Positions 44,909 through 53,548 of a DNA stretch of 64,000 bases are shown piece by piece (positions within the stretch are counted from its first letter, which is position 1; each line of letters opens with the position of its first letter). Origin of the DNA: Phaeobacter sp. (lineage in GTDB: Bacteria > Pseudomonadota > Alphaproteobacteria > Rhodobacterales > Rhodobacteraceae). The translations under genes and the position numbers were made by a program. A model generated the notes under the pieces. It ran no database searches. It was not told the origin of the DNA and saw only the letters and a program-made list of their open reading frames with translations. The stretch is from positions 4,077-68,076 of the forward strand of contig NZ_JAJDWC010000066.1 in NCBI RefSeq assembly GCF_022825805.1, read 5' to 3'.

Positions 44909-45004
44909 TGTTGCATATGTAGGATTATCAATCCCAAAATGCGATATTATCATGCGTTTGGCCCATGGCTAGTTTCTTCGTAAGTATTCAAACGGAGAAC
45001 CTCC

Positions 45005-45997
45005 ATGTCCCACGCTATCGTTATTCCTGAAATCGGCGCCCCAGAGGTCCTGCAGTCGCAGGATATGCCCACGCCCACGCCCGGCACGGGTGAGATCTTG
45101 ATCCGCAATCACGCAGCAGCGGTCAATTTCATCGACACCATCATTCGCCGGGGCGAAATGCCCGAAGGCATGATGCCGGATCTGCCCCATGTGCCCGGTG
45201 TCGAAGGTGCAGGCGTGGTCGAGGCCTTGGGCGACGGAGTTGACGGGTTTGCAATCGGTGACCGTGTTGCCTGGATCGGTCCGATCGGTGCCGGAGGTTA
45301 TGGCAGCCATGTCATCATCGGCGCGCCCTATGTCACGCATCTGGCCGAGACGATCGACTTTGCCACCGCCGCGGCCGTGCCGGTGAATGCTGTGACGGCC
45401 TGGCACATGCTGGTCAATCTGGGTCATGCCAGACCTGGGGATTCAACTTTGATCCACGCGGCTGCAGGCGGTGTCGGCACGATGGCGGTCCAGATCGCCA
45501 AACACCTTGGTCTGACGGTCATCGCTTCCGTCAGCACGGGAAAGCTGGACTATGCGCGCAAGCAGGGAGCAGATCATGTGATCGACTACCGCCAAGAGGA
45601 TGTGGCAGCGCGGGTCAAAGACATCACCCAAGGGCGCGGCGTTGACCTGACCCTGAACCCGATCTCGGGGGAGAGTGTGACATCCGATCTTGAGGCTCTG
45701 GCCCCGTTGGGCACGGCTGTGATTTTCGGTTTTCTGGCCGGGCCGCCGACTGGCACCTTTGCTGAGGATTTGACCCAGCATTTTCAGAAATCCGTCGCTC
45801 TGCGCGTCAGTGATATTTATACTTATTTCGGTGATCGCCCGCAGGCCTTCAGCGCGGATCTGAGCCATGTGTTAGATCTGCTTGGTCAGGGTATCTTGCG
45901 CCCACAGGTCGAGGCGCTCCCGCTCACTGACGCTGCCGAGGCGCATCGCCGCCTGGAAACGGGCCACACCACCGGCAAGCTGGTTCTGACGATCTGA
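45005..45997 (+). CDS. qor: NADPH:quinone oxidoreductase (zinc-type alcohol dehydrogenase superfamily)
   Basis: 330 aa with PGVEGAGVV and the AAGGVG nucleotide motif. Confidence 0.85.
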   Translation: MSHAIVIPEIGAPEVLQSQDMPTPTPGTGEILIRNHAAAVNFIDTIIRRGEMPEGMMPDLPHVPGVEGAGVVEALGDGVDGFAIGDRVAWIGPIGAGGYGSHVIIGAPYVTHLAETIDFATAAAVPVNAVTAWHMLVNLGHARPGDSTLIHAAAGGVGTMAVQIAKHLGLTVIASVSTGKLDYARKQGADHVIDYRQEDVAARVKDITQGRGVDLTLNPISGESVTSDLEALAPLGTAVIFGFLAGPPTGTFAEDLTQHFQKSVALRVSDIYTYFGDRPQAFSADLSHVLDLLGQGILRPQVEALPLTDAAEAHRRLETGHTTGKLVLTI

Positions 45998-46002
45998 GGA
46001 AA

Positions 46003-46033
46003 GCGACCTTGGCCCTGCACTGGCCAAGGTCGC
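46003..46033 (+). terminator. strong hairpin after qor (no U-tract)
   Basis: GCGACCTTGGCC-ctgcact-GGCCAAGGTCGC: a perfect 12-bp stem starting 6 nt after the qor stop. Confidence 0.5.
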
Positions 46034-46292
46034 GAGGGGCTGTCTTGGTGGCGTGGTCCTGGCGGTCAGTCCTGGTGGTGTGTGTCATGGTGCCAGTTCT
46101 GAGATCTCTGAGGCCCAGCACGATGGATATGACGGACCCATTCGGGGCCAGGAACGCGCTGCATTGGGCCACTGTTTGTAGGCTTTGGATGTGCTACACC
46201 GTAGCACGCTCGAATCGAGAACCTCCGAAAATCTCCGGAAATACGGTGAGATCAGGGGGAATCATGCGGTGCGCAGCCTGGGCCTGAATGGA

Positions 46293-47294
46293 GTGAACGC
46301 TTTGAATAATAACGCACAAAATGCAGCGCGTTTAAGCGTGGCGCCGATGATGGACTGGACGGACCGGCACTGTCGCATGTTGCATCGGTTGTTGAGCCGG
46401 GAGACCTTGCTTTACACCGAAATGGTCACCGCTCCAGCGTTGGTGCGGGGCGGGGCGTTGCATTTGTTGGACCATTCGCCACAGGAACATCCCCTAGCGC
46501 TGCAGCTGGGTGGGTCTGATCCGCAGGAGCTGGCGGAGGCCGCGCGTTTGGGCGCGCGGGCAGGTTATGACGAAATCAACCTCAATTGCGGCTGCCCCAG
46601 CGACCGGGTGCAATCGGGGGCTTTTGGCGCGGTCTTGATGAAAACGCCTGAATTGGTGGCCGAATGCGTGGCTGCGATGCGTGAGCGGGTCGATGTGGAT
46701 GTGACCGTCAAATGCCGCATCGGTGTGGACGATCAGGATCCGCAGGCGGTGTTGCCCGGATTTATCGCAGCTGTGGCGGAGGCGGGCTGTGACCGGCTGA
46801 CCATCCACGCGCGCAAAGCCTGGCTGAAGGGGCTGAGCCCAAAGGAAAATCGCGATATCCCGCCGCTTGATTACGACATCGTGCATCAGATGAAGGCGGC
46901 GTTCCCCCATCTGCATATCTCCATCAACGGTGGCATCACCTCACTGGCGCAGGCGCTGGAACACCTGGATCGTGGCCTGGACGGGGTGATGGTCGGGCGC
47001 GCAGCCTATCATCAGCCCAGCGATATCCTCAGCGCTGCAGACCCCGAGATTTATGGCTGTGGCGCGCGCCGTGATCCGGTGGCCGTGGTGGGCGAGATGC
47101 TGGAATATATCGATGATGAGCTGGCAAAAGGCGCCCGCTTGCATCAGATCACCCGCCATATGCTGGGGCTGTTTGCCGGGCGTCCCGGCGCGCGCAACTG
47201 GCGGCGGGTGCTGTCGGAGGGTGCAAACCGGCCTGGTGCCGGGCCGGAGCTGGTGATGCAGGCGCTGGAACAGGCGACGGGCCTTGCGGCCTGA
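46293..47294 (+). CDS. dusA: tRNA-dihydrouridine synthase A
   Basis: LSVAPMMDWTDRHCR, LNCGCPS and TVKCRIG motifs. The start is uncertain (GTG 46293 or TTG 46185). Confidence 0.9.
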   Translation: MNALNNNAQNAARLSVAPMMDWTDRHCRMLHRLLSRETLLYTEMVTAPALVRGGALHLLDHSPQEHPLALQLGGSDPQELAEAARLGARAGYDEINLNCGCPSDRVQSGAFGAVLMKTPELVAECVAAMRERVDVDVTVKCRIGVDDQDPQAVLPGFIAAVAEAGCDRLTIHARKAWLKGLSPKENRDIPPLDYDIVHQMKAAFPHLHISINGGITSLAQALEHLDRGLDGVMVGRAAYHQPSDILSAADPEIYGCGARRDPVAVVGEMLEYIDDELAKGARLHQITRHMLGLFAGRPGARNWRRVLSEGANRPGAGPELVMQALEQATGLAA

Positions 47295-47445
47295 CACGCG
47301 CCTTTGATGCAGCATGGGGCTTTCGCCGCGCAGATCGCGCGTGGTGACGACGCGGTCCCGCAGCGGCAAGTGGAAAAAACCTGTCCGGTGGCGATCTTCT
47401 CCTATATCAGCCAGAGCGGCGGGTGGTGATAGCCCCGCCAGACAA

Positions 47446-47487
47446 GACCGACCAGACACGACCGACCAGGCCAGACCGACCAAGCGG
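47446..47487. repeat. three imperfect 14-bp tandem units in the tauE leader
   Basis: GACCGACCAG at 47446 and 47460, and GACCGACCAA at 47474. Confidence 0.7.
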
Positions 47488-47518
47488 GCGCAGATGGCCC
47501 GACCGAAGGAGAGCGCAA

Positions 47519-48385
47519 ATGCAGGCAATGATCCCCCCTTTGATGAGCGATCTCGCTCTGGCCGGTGCGCCCGCGATCTGGGCGCAGATGGCCGGTCTGT
47601 TGCTGGTCACCGGTGCGGTTGCCGGCGTGTTGGCAGGCCTCCTTGGGGTCGGGGGCGGCATCGTTCTGGTGCCTGCGTTTTTCTACGTTTTTCAGACGCT
47701 TGGCTATGGTGGCGACCAGCTGATGCAGATGTGTCTGGCGACCTCGCTGGCGACGATCATCGTGACCTCGGTGCGCTCGGTCTTGAGCCACAACAAAAAG
47801 GGCGCGGTCGACTGGCAGATCCTGCGCAGTTGGGGGCCGGGCATTGCCGTTGGCGCCATCGTCGGCGTCACAGTCGCGGCCTCGTTGCGGTCCACGACGC
47901 TGCAGGCGCTGTTTGGTGTGCTGGCGTTGATCATCGGGCTTTACATGGCCTTTGGCCGGGCGGAATGGCGGCTGGGTCAGGAGATGCCCAAAGGTGCGCG
48001 CCGCCTTGTGCTGTCGCCTGTGGTTGGCGGGCTGTCGGTGCTGATGGGCATTGGCGGGGGTAGTTTCGGCGTGCCGCTGATGAGCCTTTTTGCGACGCCC
48101 ATCCACCGGGCGGTGGCGACGGCGGCGGGGTTTGGCGTGATCATCGCGGTGCCGTCGGTCATTGGCTTTCTGTTTTTCCCAATCGACGCTGCCGCGCGCC
48201 CGCCATTCACGGTTGGGGCGGTCAACCTTGTGGCTTTTGTGGTGGTGATTGCGATGACGCTGATCACCGCGCCTTGGGGCGTAAAGCTCGCCCATGCGAT
48301 GGACCCAAAACCGCTGAAGCGGGTTTTTGCGGTTTTCCTGATCCTTGTGGCGCTAAACATGCTGCGAAAGTCGCTTGGGCTCTGA
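47519..48385 (+). CDS. TauE/SafE (TSUP) family anion exporter
   Basis: Polytopic protein with GVLAGLLGVGGGIVLVP and GIGGGSFGVPL repeats typical of TSUP. The ATG at 47519 follows GAAGGAG. Confidence 0.85.
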   Translation: MQAMIPPLMSDLALAGAPAIWAQMAGLLLVTGAVAGVLAGLLGVGGGIVLVPAFFYVFQTLGYGGDQLMQMCLATSLATIIVTSVRSVLSHNKKGAVDWQILRSWGPGIAVGAIVGVTVAASLRSTTLQALFGVLALIIGLYMAFGRAEWRLGQEMPKGARRLVLSPVVGGLSVLMGIGGGSFGVPLMSLFATPIHRAVATAAGFGVIIAVPSVIGFLFFPIDAAARPPFTVGAVNLVAFVVVIAMTLITAPWGVKLAHAMDPKPLKRVFAVFLILVALNMLRKSLGL

Positions 48386-48446
48386 TCGCGCTGTGGTTGC
48401 TTGATACAGTCGCCGCGATAGACCCGCAGTTTCAAGAGGTGTGACG

Positions 48447-49247
48447 ATGGCATTGCAGCAGTACCAAGACCGGGGCTGGTGCGCATTCGAGTTTGATGCG
48501 CAGACCTTTGCCTGGGCGCAGCAGGCCCATCGCGCCGGTGTGGCAGCGCTGCGGGATCCGGCCAATGCGGAGTGGCTACAGTGCGAAGGCACCTGGTTCA
48601 TCGGAGTGGATGCCTTGCCCAACGATCAGACCGGTCAACTGCCGGATGGACCGCCCTTGGCCGGTGCGGCGATCACGTTCATCCGCGACCATCTGGGAGA
48701 GATCCCGCCGTTGCACCCGGCGCAGGTGTCTTCGGTGTTTCCAGGCTATCCCCGTCCGCGACCCGGAGAGGGTGAGGCGGCGTTTCGCTACCGGGTGAAA
48801 CGGGATGCCGCCCATGTGGATGGGGTGAAAATGTATGGCGAGCACCGCCGTCGCAAGGTCGAGGAGCCCCATGCCTGGGTGTTGGGTCTGCCGCTGAATG
48901 CTGCCAGTGCGGGAGCGTCGCCACTGGTGATCTGGGAAGGCAGCCATGTGATCATGCGCGCGGCCTTTGCTGCGGCCTTTGGCGACCGTCCGCGGGCTGA
49001 ATGGGCGGATGTGGATGTGACCGATGCCTACACGGCCGCGCGGGCCGAGGTGTTTGAGACCTGCCGCCGCATCACTGTGACGGCCAAACCGGGCGAGGCC
49101 TATCTGATGCATCGTCTGTGCCTGCACGGGGTTGCCCCGTGGGAGGAGGGCGCGACAGCTCCGGATGAGGGGCGCATGATTGCCTATTTCCGTCCGGAAA
49201 TGGCAGATTGGACCGATGCGGCCACGGGTTGGATTTCTGCGATCTGA
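48447..49247 (+). CDS. conserved hypothetical protein (possible Fe(II)/2-oxoglutarate dioxygenase fold)
   Basis: Long ORF with coding-like composition. The H-x-D (AAHVDG) and later His (LHGVAP) are only suggestive. Confidence 0.5.
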   Translation: MALQQYQDRGWCAFEFDAQTFAWAQQAHRAGVAALRDPANAEWLQCEGTWFIGVDALPNDQTGQLPDGPPLAGAAITFIRDHLGEIPPLHPAQVSSVFPGYPRPRPGEGEAAFRYRVKRDAAHVDGVKMYGEHRRRKVEEPHAWVLGLPLNAASAGASPLVIWEGSHVIMRAAFAAAFGDRPRAEWADVDVTDAYTAARAEVFETCRRITVTAKPGEAYLMHRLCLHGVAPWEEGATAPDEGRMIAYFRPEMADWTDAATGWISAI

Positions 49248-49592
49248 GCCCGCGGCCACAGGGCTGTGGGATCATTGGCGCGGGAGGTCGCATGTTAGGT
49301 CAGCGATGCTGTCCAAATGTTTCGCGTGCGAAACAATGGGTCAGTAGCTATTCCGCATGATTATCAGTGTGTTAAAGGTGCCTGCGCTCGGATGAGCCTG
49401 ATTTTGCCTGCGCCCACAACTTGTTGCGCCCATCGCGCAACGCTTGCCCATATCCTGACAGGGCGCGCGCCTGCACCGCCACAGGCGCATCACAGCGAGA
49501 GGATTTGACCTGCCTGCTCGAGGTTGCCCAGAGGGTGTGCAGCGCATCGGGGGGATTTTTCAGAGGAGCTGGGGCTGCAAATGCCCCGCGCG

Positions 49593-49826
49593 TCAGCGGC
49601 GTTTCAGCCGAGCGCTGCGGCCCCCGCGGCGTTTGGTGAGGTCACTGGCGCGGGCGGGCAGCTGTTCCAGCAGGCTGGCCCGTTCCTCGTTGGTCATCTT
49701 CGACCAGCGGGTGATTTCATCGATGGAGCGATAGCAGCCGGTGCAGATGCGCGCCTCGGGGTGGACCACACAGATCTGAATGCACGGGGATTGCACTTCG
49801 TCGCGTTTCCAGACGTCTTTGCTCAT
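49593..49826 (-). CDS. DUF1289 (YdhL-like) Cys-rich small protein
   Basis: SPCIQICVVHPEARICTGCYRSIDEITRWSKM is the DUF1289 signature. Confidence 0.8.
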   Translation of the reverse strand: MSKDVWKRDEVQSPCIQICVVHPEARICTGCYRSIDEITRWSKMTNEERASLLEQLPARASDLTKRRGGRSARLKRR

Positions 49827-49842
49827 GGGTGGTGTTCTCACG

Positions 49843-50316
49843 TTAGCCTGTGTTCAGATGGCGCATCCGATCCAGCGCCCCCTGCAGGATATAGGACGCT
49901 GCCACATGATCGATAACCTCAGAGCGACGCTTTCTGCTCGTATCGGCCTCCAAAAGGGCTCTTTCTGCGGCAACTGTGCTCAATCTTTCGTCCCAGAAGC
50001 CAATCGGCAGGTCGGTCAGATTGGACAGGTTGCGGGCAAAGGCGCGGGTTTTTTGACAGCGCGGGCCTTCGCTGCCGTCCATGTTGCGCGGCAGTCCTAA
50101 AAGAAGCGCGCTGATGTCGCGGGTCTTCACGATCTCGAGCAGTTTTTCGGCATCAAGGGTGAATTTCTTGCGCCGGATGGTTTCCAGCGGGGTGGCCACG
50201 GTGCCCATACGGTCGGACACGGCAATGCCGATGGTCTTGTCGCCCAGATCCAGCCCGGCGATGGCGCAGAAGCTGGGGAGGGCGGCGGCAAAAGCCTCGA
50301 AGTCGTCGTAGATCAT
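49843..50316 (-). CDS. ruvX: Holliday junction resolvase-like RuvX/YqgF
   Basis: IAGLDLGDKTIGIAVSD...LLGLPRNMDGSEG...DERLST. The start at 50316 overlaps the ccmI stop (ATGA). Confidence 0.85.
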   Translation of the reverse strand: MIYDDFEAFAAALPSFCAIAGLDLGDKTIGIAVSDRMGTVATPLETIRRKKFTLDAEKLLEIVKTRDISALLLGLPRNMDGSEGPRCQKTRAFARNLSNLTDLPIGFWDERLSTVAAERALLEADTSRKRRSEVIDHVAASYILQGALDRMRHLNTG

Positions 50317-51563
50317 TCTGTTATTCCTGCGCGTTGCGCGGCGGCGGTGATCGCGGCCAGCGCATCGGGGGTGTCGGCAAAGACCTTTTGGGCCTCGGCG
50401 TAGATGGCGCGGGCGCGCTCGGTCTCTTGCAGCACGCTGAGCGCGCCGATCAGCTGGGCCCATTCCTGCGGGCTGCCGCCGGTGGTGGCGAGCCGGTCAG
50501 ACAGCCCCTCGACCATGCCACGGATCATGGCGGCGCGGTCCTCGGCGCTCATGTCCTGTGCGGCGGCGATGTCTGCGTCGCTTGGCCCGGAACCGGCAGG
50601 ACCACGACCCGGAATGGGCGCGCTGCCCGGTTCGATTGGAGTATAGTCGACCCCGGCGCGAAAGGCGATTTCTTCGATCTGCGCGGTGATGGCGGTGACC
50701 CAGGGCGCTTCGGCGGGGCCCATGGCGAGGGTTCCGCTCCAGACCTCATAGGCGATGTCGGGACGGCCGATCTGGGCCATCATCAGGCCCCAGTAGTAGC
50801 GGGCGCCACCGTCAAAACGATCCAGCGTCAGCGCCATGCGCAGCGCCTCTTCGGCCTCGGGAGAGACATAGCCGCCGGTGGCCATGATCTGCAGCTCGGC
50901 CAATTCACCGAAATCGCGGGCTTCGACATCACCGGACATGATGCGGATGAAATTCGCCTTGGCTTCGGCGGCGGCGGAGAAATTGCCGAGGTTGCCTTCG
51001 TGTTGCACCAAAAGCGCCTGACCCTGCGCGTCATTGGCGCGGTTTGCGGCGGTGCTGCGCAGTTGCTCGACCAGCTCGAGATAGCCGGGTTCGACCTCGG
51101 GCGCGGGCCGCTGTGGTGCCTCTGCCTCGGCTTCGCTCTGCGAGGGACGGGAGGCGGCGCGTTCGGCGGCGGCGGCAATGCGCAGCTCCAACCCCATGTC
51201 GGCATAGCCCGGCGCGCCCAACTGGCTGTAAAGCCCGTAGACACCGCCCGCCAGCGCCAGCGAGACCAGAGCCGCCATGACGCGGCTGGCCCCTTTGGGT
51301 TGCGCGTTGCCATCGGAGGCCGCTTGCAGCTGGGCATCGGCGGCCAGAATGCGGCGGGACACTTCGGTGCGGATGCGTTCGGCGTCGGCTGGCTGCAACA
51401 CGCCACGGGCGAGATCCTTTTCGACCTCGCGCAGTTGCTGGCGGTAGACATCCAGATCATAGGCCGCGGCCGGGCCGCCAGGGTCGCGCCCACGGATCAG
51501 CACCAGGGACAGCAGCGCCGCGGTGGCGAGGGTGATTAGGCTGATGACAATCCAGAACGTCAT
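50313..51563 (-). CDS. ccmI: c-type cytochrome biogenesis protein CcmI/CycH
   Basis: N-terminal TM helix, DLDVYRQQLREVEKDLARGVL and C-terminal TPR-like repeats. Confidence 0.8.
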   Translation of the reverse strand: MTFWIVISLITLATAALLSLVLIRGRDPGGPAAAYDLDVYRQQLREVEKDLARGVLQPADAERIRTEVSRRILAADAQLQAASDGNAQPKGASRVMAALVSLALAGGVYGLYSQLGAPGYADMGLELRIAAAAERAASRPSQSEAEAEAPQRPAPEVEPGYLELVEQLRSTAANRANDAQGQALLVQHEGNLGNFSAAAEAKANFIRIMSGDVEARDFGELAELQIMATGGYVSPEAEEALRMALTLDRFDGGARYYWGLMMAQIGRPDIAYEVWSGTLAMGPAEAPWVTAITAQIEEIAFRAGVDYTPIEPGSAPIPGRGPAGSGPSDADIAAAQDMSAEDRAAMIRGMVEGLSDRLATTGGSPQEWAQLIGALSVLQETERARAIYAEAQKVFADTPDALAAITAAAQRAGITE

Positions 51564-51884
51564 GATGGCTCCCGCAGTTTGCCATCATGTATAGGGGGCA
51601 GCGGTCGGAAAAAAGACCTAACTGCTGCGGCGCACTGTCCTGATTGGTCGTGATCTGTCCTTGTCGTCCCTTAACCGCGCTCTCTCGTGCGCAACGGATT
51701 GTCTATTGCGCGGGGCAGGGCAGAGGCAACCTGCGAGCCATCGGGGGAGAGGGGGATGTTTTGTTGGATTTGCGACAGTTTGGGCAGACATGTCGCAACC
51801 ATACATAAATGCGACGATAAACGGCGCAGGGCGCAGAGGGCTCTGGTGCATATCCAATGGCAGTCACGAACCATCGGATTCGCC

Positions 51885-53129
51885 ATGAAACGTTATTCTG
51901 CCTTTGCTGTTGCGCGTGAAGCGCTCCGCTATCACACCGGATGGGAACGCGCCTGGCGCTCCCCCGAGCCCAAACGCCACTATGATGTGATCATCGTCGG
52001 TGCTGGCGGCCATGGGCTTGCCACTGCCTATTTCCTTGGCAAGAACTTCGGCATCACCAATGTCGCGATTTTGGAAAAAGGCTGGCTGGGCGGTGGCAAC
52101 ACCGGACGCAACACCACCATCATCCGGTCGAACTATCTGCAGGATCCGTCTGCGGCGCTCTATGAAAAAGCGCGCTCGCTCTATGAGACGATGAGCCAGG
52201 ACCTGAACTACAACGTGATGTTCAGCCCCCGTGGCGTGATCATGCTGGCGCAGACCGAACATGAGGTGCGCGGCTACAAGCGGACGGCGCATGCCAACGC
52301 GCTGCAGGGTGTGCAGACCGAATGGATCGAACCCGCCCGCGTCAAGGAACTGGTGCCGATCATCAACCTCGAAGGTCCGCGCTATCCGGTTCTGGGTGGT
52401 CTGTGGCAGGAACGCGGCGGCACCGCCCGCCACGATGCGGTGGCCTGGGGCTATGCGCGGGCATGTTCCGACATGGGCATGGATGTGATCCAGAAATGCG
52501 AAGTGACCGGTGTGCGTAGTGAAAACGGCCGTGTGGTTGGTGTGGACACCACCAAAGGCGCGATTGATTGCGACAAGCTGGGCATGGTGGTTGCGGGCAA
52601 TTGTTCGCATCTGTCGGAGATGGCAGGCTTCCGTCTGCCGGTGGAATCCGTGGCGCTGCAGGCGCTGGTGTCCGAGCCAATCAAACCCTGCATGGACGTG
52701 GTGGTGATGGCCAACACGGTGCACGGCTACATGTCCCAGTCCGACAAGGGCGAAATGGTCATCGGTGGCGGCACCGACGGGTTCAACAACTACACCCAGC
52801 GCGGCTCGTTCCACCACATCGAAGAAACTGTGCGGGCGCTCAACGAAACCTTCCCGATGGTCAGCCGCCTGAAGATGCTGCGCCAATGGGGCGGCATCGT
52901 GGATGTGACCGGCGACCGCTCGCCTCTGGTGTCGAAGACCCCGGTGGACAACATCTTTGTCAACGCAGGCTGGGGCACCGGTGGCTTCAAGGCGATCCCG
53001 GGATCCGGCTGGGCGATGGCAGAGTTGATGGCCACAGGTCATTCGCCACTGGCCGAAGAGTTTTCGATGATGCGCTTCAAAGAAGGCAAATTCATCGACG
53101 AGAGCGTCGCCGCTGGCGTGGCGCACTGA
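51885..53129 (+). CDS. soxB: sarcosine oxidase subunit beta
   Basis: MKRYSAFAVAREALRYHTGWERAWRSPEPK...YDVIIVGAGGHGLATAYFL, followed by soxD, soxA and soxG. Confidence 0.95.
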   Translation: MKRYSAFAVAREALRYHTGWERAWRSPEPKRHYDVIIVGAGGHGLATAYFLGKNFGITNVAILEKGWLGGGNTGRNTTIIRSNYLQDPSAALYEKARSLYETMSQDLNYNVMFSPRGVIMLAQTEHEVRGYKRTAHANALQGVQTEWIEPARVKELVPIINLEGPRYPVLGGLWQERGGTARHDAVAWGYARACSDMGMDVIQKCEVTGVRSENGRVVGVDTTKGAIDCDKLGMVVAGNCSHLSEMAGFRLPVESVALQALVSEPIKPCMDVVVMANTVHGYMSQSDKGEMVIGGGTDGFNNYTQRGSFHHIEETVRALNETFPMVSRLKMLRQWGGIVDVTGDRSPLVSKTPVDNIFVNAGWGTGGFKAIPGSGWAMAELMATGHSPLAEEFSMMRFKEGKFIDESVAAGVAH

Positions 53130-53163
53130 CGTTGCATAAATTCGATATGACGGAGCAAGCACA

Positions 53164-53493
53164 ATGCTGATCCTTGAATGCCCATATTGCGGCGTCAAAG
53201 CCGAAGAAACCGAACTGGCCGCTGGTGGCGAAGCGCATCTGAAGCGGTTTGGCCCCGGCTCGTCGGACGAAGAGTTCCACGACTATCTGTTCATGCGCGA
53301 AAACCCCAAGGGTGTGCATTTTGAACGCTGGCGCCATGCCAATGGCTGCGGCAAGTGGTTTCATGCCGCGCGCTGCACCATGACGCTGGAAGTCTTTGGC
53401 ACCTACAGTGCCCAGACCACCGAGCCGCCCCAGGAGATCAAGGACAAGATCTCTGAAAAGCGTCCGGATTGGACATGGCGGGACATAAAATGA
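53164..53493 (+). CDS. soxD: sarcosine oxidase subunit delta
   Basis: MLILECPYCGVKAEETEL...: the Cys cluster and size are typical of SoxD. Confidence 0.9.
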   Translation: MLILECPYCGVKAEETELAAGGEAHLKRFGPGSSDEEFHDYLFMRENPKGVHFERWRHANGCGKWFHAARCTMTLEVFGTYSAQTTEPPQEIKDKISEKRPDWTWRDIK

Positions 53494-53548
53494 TCCGTCA
53501 CTGCCTTTCTTTCCTTTCTGTCGCCTCTTCTTGCGAAAGGTCCGCCAC

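Noticed and set aside
46185-46292. Longer N-terminus for DusA starting at the TTG at 46185
   Set aside because: The extra ~36 residues precede the conserved SVAPMMDWTDRH start region and have no RBS, so I prefer the GTG at 46293. This remains uncertain.
51864-53198. 444-aa minus-strand ORF
   Set aside because: It lies antisense to soxB. It has no motifs and an Arg/His/Ala-rich composition.
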